The notes under the pieces were generated by a model. It was not told the origin of the DNA. It did not search any database and was given only the letters and a program-made list of their open reading frames with translations. From Hungatella sp. (GTDB lineage: Bacteria; Bacillota; Clostridia; Lachnospirales; Lachnospiraceae): DNA of 64,000 bases. The first letter of the stretch is position 1. Every line of letters starts with the position of its first letter. The translations under genes and the position numbers were made by a program. Positions 1 through 7,460 of the stretch are shown here, one piece after another. Where the stretch lies: the NCBI GenBank assembly GCA_022795805.1, contig JAAWHK010000002.1, forward strand, positions 15,194-79,193. The letters are read 5' to 3'.

Positions 1-401
1 ATTCCGGCATTGATCATGCTTTCCCCCTTAACCCGGAGCATGAAGGTCTGCTCGTTGGGAAGCATCTCCACGGGAATGGGGAAATAGTTTTCAATGTTCT
101 GTTCGGCCAAAATAGGCTGCCCGGCGGCGACCGTACCGATCATGGGCACATTCACCAGTTCCCGTCTGGTCAGGTTAAAACAATCGTCGATGATCTCTAT
201 GGTTCTCGGCTTGGTGGGGTCTCTGCGGATATAGTTGTTTCTCTCCAGGGTCTCCAGGTGAGAATGGACGGAAGACGTGGACTTTAAACGGACCGCTTCG
301 CAGATCTCCCTGACAGAGGGCGGATATCCCTTCTTCAAGATGGATTCTTTGATATATTCTAAAATTTCCTGCTGTTTCGGTGTAATCTTGCCTTGTGCCA
401 T
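1..401 (-). CDS. lexA: SOS repressor LexA (5' part; runs off the window start)
   Basis: Not in the ORF track. Manual translation from ATG at 401: MAQGKITPKQQEILEYIKESILKKGYPPSVREICEAVRLKSTSSVHSHLETLE...GTVAAGQPILAE...GESMINAG, giving the winged HTH, the Ala-Gly cleavage site and the catalytic Ser motif. GGAGG RBS upstream. Confidence 0.97.
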   Translation of the reverse strand, partial: MAQGKITPKQQEILEYIKESILKKGYPPSVREICEAVRLKSTSSVHSHLETLERNNYIRRDPTKPRTIEIIDDCFNLTRRELVNVPMIGTVAAGQPILAEQNIENYFPIPVEMLPNEQTFMLRVKGESMINAG

Positions 402-419
402 ATATTGACCTCCCAAATA

Positions 420-562
420 GAACATGTATTCTTTACCTACTATATATAGTATCACATGTCATATTAAAATGCAAACCCTTGTTCGAAAATTATGCGCAAA
501 TAGTATTGACAAACAAATGTTCGGGTACTATAATAGACGCATCAGCAACAGAACATATGTTT
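420..562. promoter_or_regulatory. Four LexA (Cheo/SOS) boxes in the divergent lexA/yneA promoter region
   Basis: Each has one mismatch to GAAC-N4-GTTC: GAACATGTATTC 420-431, AAACCCTTGTTC 473-484, AAACAAATGTTC 511-522, GAACATATGTTT 551-562. Confidence 0.88.
506..534 (+). promoter_or_regulatory. Consensus sigma-A promoter of the LysM gene
   Basis: TTGACA 506-511, 17-bp spacer, TATAAT 529-534; an SOS box lies in the spacer. Confidence 0.9.
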
Positions 563-574
563 GTAGGAGGTATT

Positions 575-937
575 ATGAAAAGGCCACTGATTTTTCTTTC
601 CCTTGGAGCTGTCGTCGGATGTACATGTTTCAGTATCTTTTTTATCAATGTACTGGCCAAAGAACCTCCGAAGCAGGAGACCGTCTCTTACTATACCTAT
701 ATTCAGATACAGCCCGGAGATACGCTCTGGACCATCGCCGAGATTTACACAGAGGGCACCGACATCTCCGTAGAGGACTATGTGCGGCAGCTGAAGCAGA
801 TGAATCACATAGGAGAGGACACCATTCATGTGGGTAATTATCTGACAGTCATGTATAAGAATCCCAGGGGAAGAAAGGCTGAGCAGAAACAGAGACACCT
901 TCAAGAACATCCGGAACCCATTGACACTGTGGATTGA
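575..937 (+). CDS. yneA: LysM-domain membrane protein, YneA-like SOS cell-division inhibitor
   Basis: AGGAGG RBS then ATG 575; N-terminal hydrophobic helix; LysM motif IQIQPGDTLWTIA...IHVGNYL; divergent from lexA and under SOS boxes. Confidence 0.8.
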   Translation: MKRPLIFLSLGAVVGCTCFSIFFINVLAKEPPKQETVSYYTYIQIQPGDTLWTIAEIYTEGTDISVEDYVRQLKQMNHIGEDTIHVGNYLTVMYKNPRGRKAEQKQRHLQEHPEPIDTVD

Positions 938-960
938 TTCATATCATGATTTCCGTAAAA

Positions 961-1001
961 TTCCAGGGCGGCATATTCCGATGGAATACACCGCCCTGGA
1001 A
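961..1001. terminator. Hairpin between convergent yneA and recombinase genes
   Basis: TTCCAGGGCGG 961-971 pairs with CCGCCCTGGAA 991-1001. Confidence 0.75.
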
Positions 1002-1033
1002 CCATGATACAGCTTACAGCGAAGAATTTGCCT

Positions 1034-2089
1034 TTATTCTGTTTCCCTCAGTCTCACCTTGTCCCTGGCGCTTCTACGTCTGGCATCATCCAGGGCCGCA
1101 TAGTGCTTTTTCGTTGTGTTCACATCCGAATGTCCCAGAACATCCGCCACCAGGTAGATATCGCCTGTCTCCCGGTACAGAGCGGTTCCGTATGTGCTTC
1201 GAAGCTTGTGCGGCGTGATCTTTTTCAGGGGGGTTACGATCTTCGCATATTTTTTCACCAGATTCTCCACGCTGCGCACAGAGATCCGCTTCATCTGAAG
1301 TGACAGAAAGAGGGCGTTTTCGTGGCCCTCCACAGAGACCATGTGCCTTCGCTCATCCAGATAGTCCTGGAGGGCGTCCTCCACCTCCACGCCGAAGTAT
1401 ACGGTCACTTCCTTGCCGCCTTTTCGGTGGATTCGGAGTCCCCCGTTTTTGAAGTCTACATCCCCGATATCCAGACCGACGCATTCGGATACGCGGATTC
1501 CCGTTCCCAGAAGGAGGGTGAGCAGCGCCAGATCCCGGATTTTTGTCTTATTGTGGAAAGCCTTCTGCTTGTCCGTCAGAGATTCGCCCCGTTCCACCTC
1601 ATCCAGCAGCATGGCCACCTCGTCGATGTCCAAACGGATAATTTCCTTCTCGTGAAGCTTGGGAAGCTTTACCAGGGCCGCCGGATTATTCTTCAGAAGC
1701 TCCCTGCGGTAGTAGTAGTTGTAGAAACTTTTCAGGGACGACACTTTCCGCATGATTCCCCGTTCCTTGTTGACCACCTCCTGATCCCGGTCATTGAAGC
1801 GATACTTCAGATACTCCATATATTCCTCCAGATCCGTCACCAAAAGTTGATCCAGATGGGAGAGTGAGATATCCCTTATTTCCAGCTTTTTTAACACAGG
1901 GTTCTCCTTCCTAAGAAAATCAAAAAAGACTTTCAGGTCATAGGCATAGGCGATCCTTGTTCTGGATGATGTCTGAGGTTCAATCCCGCGGAAAAAGTCC
2001 AGGCAGAAAGGCGGCAGTTCCTGAATCATGGCACGCAGTTTCTTTATGTTTTCCCGATCTTTCTGTTCGTAATACGGCAGTGATTTCAT
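1034..2089 (-). CDS. Tyrosine recombinase, XerC/XerS-like (351 aa)
   Basis: Start reassigned to ATG 2089 (GGAGG RBS). Catalytic motifs TGIRVSE, KGGK, HKLR, LGH and TKKHY. Confidence 0.9.
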   Translation of the reverse strand: MKSLPYYEQKDRENIKKLRAMIQELPPFCLDFFRGIEPQTSSRTRIAYAYDLKVFFDFLRKENPVLKKLEIRDISLSHLDQLLVTDLEEYMEYLKYRFNDRDQEVVNKERGIMRKVSSLKSFYNYYYRRELLKNNPAALVKLPKLHEKEIIRLDIDEVAMLLDEVERGESLTDKQKAFHNKTKIRDLALLTLLLGTGIRVSECVGLDIGDVDFKNGGLRIHRKGGKEVTVYFGVEVEDALQDYLDERRHMVSVEGHENALFLSLQMKRISVRSVENLVKKYAKIVTPLKKITPHKLRSTYGTALYRETGDIYLVADVLGHSDVNTTKKHYAALDDARRRSARDKVRLRETE

Positions 2090-2115
2090 ATGGGTTCCTC
2101 CTGATCTGCATCCTC

Positions 2116-2856
2116 TCAAATCCCAAGCGGATGACTTTCCTTTTGAGGCCATCCTGGGATATTTCCGCTGATTACCGCGTGAAACAATCTTTGTCTGACT
2201 CCGGGATTGTCGTGCTCCAGCGTTTTCGTTAATTGCTTCACATATTCTCGTCTCGTAACTCCGTCTGCAGGACACGGATTTTTGCACACCGGAAGCTGAT
2301 ACTTGCTGCAAAATCCTTTCACATCCGCCTCGTCCACATACAGCAGCGGGCGGATTACCGTGAGTTTTGTTCTGTCCAGGCAGGTTTTGGGGGAGAAGGA
2401 ATAGAACCGTCCCTCATACAGCAGTGACAGCAGCATGGTTTCCACGATATCGTTTTTATGGTGCCCGTAGGCCACTTTGCTGCAGCCTGCCTCCAGGGCC
2501 GCCTTGTTTAAAGCTCCCTTGCGCAGCTTGGCGCACAGGGAACAGGGGCTGGTTTCCCGGCGCTGTTCAAAGACAATTTTCCCGATATCGGTTGAAACCA
2601 CCTGATAGGGAACCGACAGCTGTTCGCAGAGATCCTTCACAGGCGAAAGGTCAAAACCGTCAAATCCAAGATCAACCGTGATCGCCTGAATCCGAAATTT
2701 TCTGGGATAAAACCGCCTTAGATGTTCCAGGGCGTACAGTAAAGTCAGACTGTCCTTGCCGCCGGATATTCCCACCGCAAGGATATCCCCGTTGTCGATG
2801 AGTCCGTAATCGTCCACAGCCTGACGTGTTAAACTGAGCAGACGCTGTAATTTCAT
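2116..2856 (-). CDS. ttcA: tRNA 2-thiocytidine biosynthesis protein, TtcA family
   Basis: PP-loop SGGKDS, CSLC, GHHKND, IRPL and NPCP motifs; AAGGAG RBS before ATG 2856. Confidence 0.88.
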   Translation of the reverse strand: MKLQRLLSLTRQAVDDYGLIDNGDILAVGISGGKDSLTLLYALEHLRRFYPRKFRIQAITVDLGFDGFDLSPVKDLCEQLSVPYQVVSTDIGKIVFEQRRETSPCSLCAKLRKGALNKAALEAGCSKVAYGHHKNDIVETMLLSLLYEGRFYSFSPKTCLDRTKLTVIRPLLYVDEADVKGFCSKYQLPVCKNPCPADGVTRREYVKQLTKTLEHDNPGVRQRLFHAVISGNIPGWPQKESHPLGI

Positions 2857-2923
2857 CTGAAAACTCCTTCCTGGATTCTCCACGTATTTCCCAAAAGCGG
2901 GGGAGTACAGAGGTCTCGGATTC

Positions 2924-2959
2924 TAACTATTCGCGAAACAACACTTTAACGAATAGTTA
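2924..2959. terminator. AT-rich inverted repeat downstream of the LCP gene (terminator or REP-like element)
   Basis: TAACTATTCG-N16-CGAATAGTTA. Confidence 0.5.
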
Positions 2960-2993
2960 TCCTCTCAAATGCCTCTGTTTGCCGATTGTCGGC

Positions 2994-4970
2994 TCAGGAT
3001 ACGCCGGGACCCACTTCAGCGGTTTCCTCCGTCGGCTTCTCGGCTGCCGGTTCTGACGGCTGTTCCGGTACCGCCGGCTGTGTAAAACCGGGGCCGATTT
3101 CCGTTTCCGGCTGACCGGAATTGCCGGGACCGGCCTCTGTTTCCTCAGAAGGCTGCACAAGGCTGGTTTCCGGCTGGGAGTCAGAGGAAGCCGGCTCGTC
3201 CTGGCCTGCAGAAGTGTCCGGCTCACCGGTTTCGTCCAAAGATTCCGGCGCCGTCTCCTGAGAGCTTTCATAAACCTCTGCCTGGGTCTGGTCAGGTGCT
3301 GTCTGTGGAGGCGGCGCCTGGGTCTGAGCGGGAGGCGCTGCGGTCTCCGGTACATTGGCCGCGCCTCCGTTGCTGCCTCCGGAATTGTCCCCGCCCCCTT
3401 CCAGTGCCTTCTGGCCAAGCACTTTGGCCTCCGGCGCATTCTCTGCCACATGCCCCATACCGCTGTCAGCGGCAATCTTTCCGCTGATCTGCCTTACGGT
3501 TTCCGAAGGCTGGAAGTTCTCCGTGCCGTATAAAAACTGATGAAGCTGAATCACATTGCTCTCCAGGGTAAGGGGAATGACGCAGTCTTTCTTGCCCACA
3601 TGGGTCTCGCCTCTGGAGAACGGGAACCCTCCATTCTGGGAAATATGGTATTTCCGGATATTTCGTGCCAATGGAAGCAAGTCGTCCACGCCGATACTGG
3701 TGGAAATCTGTGGTATAATGGTCTTCACCAGCATGGACAGTGTCTTGAAATCCGCCTCTTTTGCCTTATTCATGGCCAGCTGAATCACCAGACGCTGTCT
3801 GGCCGTGCGGTTATAGTCCGTATCCATCAGTCTTAACCGGGCATATGCCACCGCCTGTACGCCGTCCAGATGGTTCATACCCGCATGTTCCAGGTGATGA
3901 GAACCGATACCTGTTGACTCCACCGTCTCCGTGATAAAGCTGTTGATGTACTTGAACTCGCTGTCCGAGATCTCCAGATCGATCCCTCCCAGAATATTGA
4001 CGGCATCTACAACCGCTTTCCAGTTAAATGTGGCGTAATCGTCAATGGCCAGATCCAGATTGCGCTCCAGAGCCTGAACTGCCTGCTGGTGGCCTCCCTT
4101 GAAATACGCCTCATTGATCTTGTGATATGTGCCGTCGGGATTGATCTCCATATAGGTGTCCCTGTATACGGAAACCAGCTTAATATCTCCGGTTCCCCGG
4201 TCAATGACACAGATCATCTCCACATCGGACAGCGCGCCCTTTTCCAGATTTCCGTTTCTGGAATCTACGCCAAAAACAGCTATCGTCCAATAGCCGCTTC
4301 CGGTCTGCTTATACTTGTATATAAAATAACCGGCTGTCACAAGGATCAGAAGAAGCAGCAATTTCAACAGCCGAAATCTGTGTTTTTTCTTTTTCGGCTG
4401 TTTGCCGCCGCTCTCCCTGTCTCCGTCCTGGAGCGCTCTGCTTTTACGGGAGTGTCCACCCTGTCCCCGCCTGCCGGAGCGGCGTCCTCTCCCTCTTTCC
4501 ATGGGAACGTCATAATCATCGTAATCCCGATCGTATCCTTCATCGCCGTCGTAGTCCCGGTAATCGTCATAATCATCGTACGCGCCGTCATCTTCATACA
4601 CATCGCGGTCATTGTATCCGTCGTAATCATCATACTCGTCATATCCGCTTCCGTCGTCGTATTTTCGGTCATACTCTCTCCGGCGGCCATCGTTCCTTCG
4701 GCTGTCACGACCATACTCATAATCTTCCGGATGCCTTCTCCCTGACCCGTTTTTCGAGTGATAATCCGAAGAAGAGCGCCCTCTTCTCCCGTAATCCCCG
4801 GATTCCTCCATGGGCGGGTGATCGGGTCTTCTTCGGCCCTGGCGCCGGGAACCGGAGGACTGTCTCACTCCTCTTTCACTGCTGTTCGTTTGTTCCTGAG
4901 CTTTCTGACGCCTTCTGCGCTGGCGCATCCGCTCCAGTTCATCTTCATATTCCATAATCTTATTCCTCAT
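2994..4970 (-). CDS. LCP (LytR-CpsA-Psr) family glycopolymer transferase with long disordered termini
   Basis: Single TM helix after a KKKKHR stretch; LCP motifs FGVDSR, LSD, SVYRDT, AYARLR and DYNRTARQR. Confidence 0.92.
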   Translation of the reverse strand: MRNKIMEYEDELERMRQRRRRQKAQEQTNSSERGVRQSSGSRRQGRRRPDHPPMEESGDYGRRGRSSSDYHSKNGSGRRHPEDYEYGRDSRRNDGRRREYDRKYDDGSGYDEYDDYDGYNDRDVYEDDGAYDDYDDYRDYDGDEGYDRDYDDYDVPMERGRGRRSGRRGQGGHSRKSRALQDGDRESGGKQPKKKKHRFRLLKLLLLLILVTAGYFIYKYKQTGSGYWTIAVFGVDSRNGNLEKGALSDVEMICVIDRGTGDIKLVSVYRDTYMEINPDGTYHKINEAYFKGGHQQAVQALERNLDLAIDDYATFNWKAVVDAVNILGGIDLEISDSEFKYINSFITETVESTGIGSHHLEHAGMNHLDGVQAVAYARLRLMDTDYNRTARQRLVIQLAMNKAKEADFKTLSMLVKTIIPQISTSIGVDDLLPLARNIRKYHISQNGGFPFSRGETHVGKKDCVIPLTLESNVIQLHQFLYGTENFQPSETVRQISGKIAADSGMGHVAENAPEAKVLGQKALEGGGDNSGGSNGGAANVPETAAPPAQTQAPPPQTAPDQTQAEVYESSQETAPESLDETGEPDTSAGQDEPASSDSQPETSLVQPSEETEAGPGNSGQPETEIGPGFTQPAVPEQPSEPAAEKPTEETAEVGPGVS

Positions 4971-7239
4971 TGATTAGACTTCTGTAACAGGACAAATCCA
5001 GATCGTAAGTTCCGACCGTCACATTGTTGACATTGCCGGTAGTCTCATGGATCAGATACATGGAGCCGTCTCTGGCCCATGCAAGAAACATGTATACATG
5101 AGGCTGGCTGCCGGTCCGGATCAGAATATCTCCGGCCCTGAGATCCGCCTTCCCAACCCCACGGCCGCAAGTCGTAAGCCCCGACGTGCTTTGGGCTGAC
5201 AGGGGAGTCCCCAGGGCCGTCCAGTAAACCCAGTTGATCCAACCGGAGCAATCCAGTCCTCTGAGCATTCTCCCGTCCGCATCCGGAGAAACCACCGTAC
5301 CGAAACCGTTGCCCTCGTAGCCGCCCCTGGACGGTTTTCCGCCCCAGTAATACGGTATACATCCTACAGACAGAAGCGCCTGCTCCACCACCTGGCGGCG
5401 TTTGGGTGAAGTGTCTTCTACAAAAGCCATATAGGAGGCTATCTCAGAACCCGAAAGGGGGTTCTGCACATATGCGGATTCCGGGCTGGCCAGGCTGTAC
5501 TGCTCATACCAGTCCTGCTGTGCCACAGTTCTTGCACAGTTCATGGACTCGTCGTCCCATCCATTCCAATCCGCGCCGTCTTCGGTCCCTGCGGGAACAT
5601 CCGCGCAGTGAAACAACCCCTTTTTATCGTCAATGCCCATAACCACTGCGGTGATGTTCAGGTCAATATGTCCCATACAGTACTGCCTGGACCTGGACGA
5701 AGCCTTGGCTCCCTCCGCCGCCCTGTTCGATGGTGCGGCAGTCTCCCCGCCAGCCCCCATCTCGCCCTGAACAGACGATGCCGGAGCCGCCGCTTTGCCT
5801 GTCTCAGCGCCTGCCGAAGCTGCAGCCTCCTCCGTCGTGTTATCCGATTGAACCGGAGTCTCCCCCGCCGTACTGCCTGCCGGAGCTTCCGCTCCTGCCC
5901 CGCCGTCGGTCTGAGTCGCCGCAGCCTCTGCCGTATTGCCGGTCTGAGATGCCGTATCTTCCCCGGTTCCCGGCTGAAGTCCGGAATCAGCGCCATCCGC
6001 TGTGTGTTCGCCTTCTGCCCGACTCTCCCCTGTATTTTCCGGGGATGCCTCCGTCTCCTGGAAAGCCGGCTGGGAGCTGCTCTCCTGAACGCTTTCGCCG
6101 CTTTTATCGGCAGATTCACTGTTTTCCGAAGACGAAACGTCTGCCTGAGCGCCTTCCTCCGTCGCCGCAGAGGCTTTTGCCGCCTCCCGCATCTTTAATA
6201 TGGTCTCGTCTGCCGGCTCATAATCATTCTGACGCCTGAAAATCTCTACCGTCTCATGTACGGCAGGCTCAGTCTCCTGACTTCCATCATCTGCCGCACT
6301 GCCGCCTGCTCCGCCGCCGTGGATGCCTGCCTGTCCGCTGACCTCCCCTTCGCCGTTACGGTTCCCTGTCGTCCCCTCAAAGACGCCGCCACCCTCCGCC
6401 TGGGCCGCCTCCGGATTCAAGCCGGAATCTTCCCCGCTGTACAGGCACTCTCCCTGACAGTAATAGACATTGCTGACAGAGATCCTGGAACTGTGGGACG
6501 CATTCCACAGTGTTCCGGCATATGATGACAGAAAGTCATAGGACTGTTCACCCATAAAATACCCGCACACATTGGCGACAGACAGGATCTCCTTTATGTT
6601 GGAGTGCCCCATAACAATGGTTCCGTCCCCGTTGCGGAATGTAACGTTAAACCGGTTCCAGGAGGGAATCGCCCGGGCCTTCTCTTTACTGTCCACAGGA
6701 ACACCGTTAAGGTGGCGGACACCCATAACCGCGTTTTTATCCATTCCCAGCCGGGCGGCCATAGTCTCCGGCGAAACCCGGCGAAGGTCGTAAAGGCCTG
6801 CCATCCAGGCCGAATCTTTCTGTAACAGCATCTGGTACACTCTTCCGGCATAGCTCTGGGAAACACCCTGAGACGCAGACCCCTCATCGTAATAGTAGGC
6901 AAAATTCAAGCGCTGGGAGAGATCCGCATCCTCCCTGCGGGAACTCAGATCTTCCCCGCCGCTCTCCCCGTCCGTGTCTGCAATACGGGGCTGTATCTTT
7001 GCAGAATATCCGTCATGCCCCCCGTTCTCCTCCAGAAAATCATCCCCCAGCATGCTGACCAGTCCCGGGACATCCCTGGATTCTCCCGCCGTACCGTCCC
7101 CGAAAGACACGTCCACATAGAAGGGCCTGTCCCAGACCTTGGAGACATAGACGGAAACTCCCCCTCCGGCTGCCATACACAAGAGCCACAGCCACGCCCC
7201 GGGCACCATCTTTCTGAATCGTAATTCTGTTTTCTTCAT
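4960..7239 (-). CDS. Membrane-anchored or secreted protein with C-terminal NlpC/P60 peptidoglycan hydrolase domain
   Basis: N-terminal hydrophobic segment; C-terminal PYYWGGK...GLDCSGWINWVY...AGDIL...HV motifs; acidic Ala/Gly/Glu-rich middle. Start is ATG 7239 or GTG 7248. Confidence 0.85.
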   Translation of the reverse strand: MKKTELRFRKMVPGAWLWLLCMAAGGGVSVYVSKVWDRPFYVDVSFGDGTAGESRDVPGLVSMLGDDFLEENGGHDGYSAKIQPRIADTDGESGGEDLSSRREDADLSQRLNFAYYYDEGSASQGVSQSYAGRVYQMLLQKDSAWMAGLYDLRRVSPETMAARLGMDKNAVMGVRHLNGVPVDSKEKARAIPSWNRFNVTFRNGDGTIVMGHSNIKEILSVANVCGYFMGEQSYDFLSSYAGTLWNASHSSRISVSNVYYCQGECLYSGEDSGLNPEAAQAEGGGVFEGTTGNRNGEGEVSGQAGIHGGGAGGSAADDGSQETEPAVHETVEIFRRQNDYEPADETILKMREAAKASAATEEGAQADVSSSENSESADKSGESVQESSSQPAFQETEASPENTGESRAEGEHTADGADSGLQPGTGEDTASQTGNTAEAAATQTDGGAGAEAPAGSTAGETPVQSDNTTEEAAASAGAETGKAAAPASSVQGEMGAGGETAAPSNRAAEGAKASSRSRQYCMGHIDLNITAVVMGIDDKKGLFHCADVPAGTEDGADWNGWDDESMNCARTVAQQDWYEQYSLASPESAYVQNPLSGSEIASYMAFVEDTSPKRRQVVEQALLSVGCIPYYWGGKPSRGGYEGNGFGTVVSPDADGRMLRGLDCSGWINWVYWTALGTPLSAQSTSGLTTCGRGVGKADLRAGDILIRTGSQPHVYMFLAWARDGSMYLIHETTGNVNNVTVGTYDLDLSCYRSLINEE

Positions 7240-7327
7240 ATAATACACCTGCTTTTTATGTAACTATAAAAATATAACACAATCCCATAAGAAAATACAC
7301 TAAAAATTCTTTAATAATTATTTAAGG

Positions 7328-7356
7328 TTGACGCATAAGATACACAGGGCTATAAT
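7328..7356 (+). promoter_or_regulatory. sigma-A promoter of glmS
   Basis: TTGACG 7328-7333, 17 bp, TATAAT 7351-7356. Confidence 0.85.
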
Positions 7357-7370
7357 AAACACGTCTTTGC

Positions 7371-7442
7371 CGGCCTCTATACAGCGGGAACCCATAAGAG
7401 ACCTCCCGCTGACCCATTCACTGAAGGCCGAAAACAAGTGAA
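7371..7442 (+). ncRNA. Candidate structured cis-regulatory leader of glmS (not the glmS ribozyme)
   Basis: Nested helices CGGCCT/AGGCCG and CAGCGGGA/TCCCGCTG; TTCACT 7417-7422 is complementary to AGTGAA 7437-7442. Confidence 0.4.
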
Positions 7443-7460
7443 AGGAACGGTGACGAAATC

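Noticed and set aside
432-459. Resemblance to the Bacillus dif site (central TATATA) near the recombinase
   Set aside because: Only about 17/28 identity, poor XerD arm, and it coincides with the likely extended -10 of lexA (TGATACTAT on the minus strand).
7239-7266. TTATGTAA resembling a XerD arm
   Set aside because: No matching XerC arm at the right spacing; it lies in an AT-rich promoter region.
7357-7460. Canonical glmS ribozyme
   Set aside because: Expected from context, but the conserved AGCGCC and GACGAGG core elements are absent and the leader is short.
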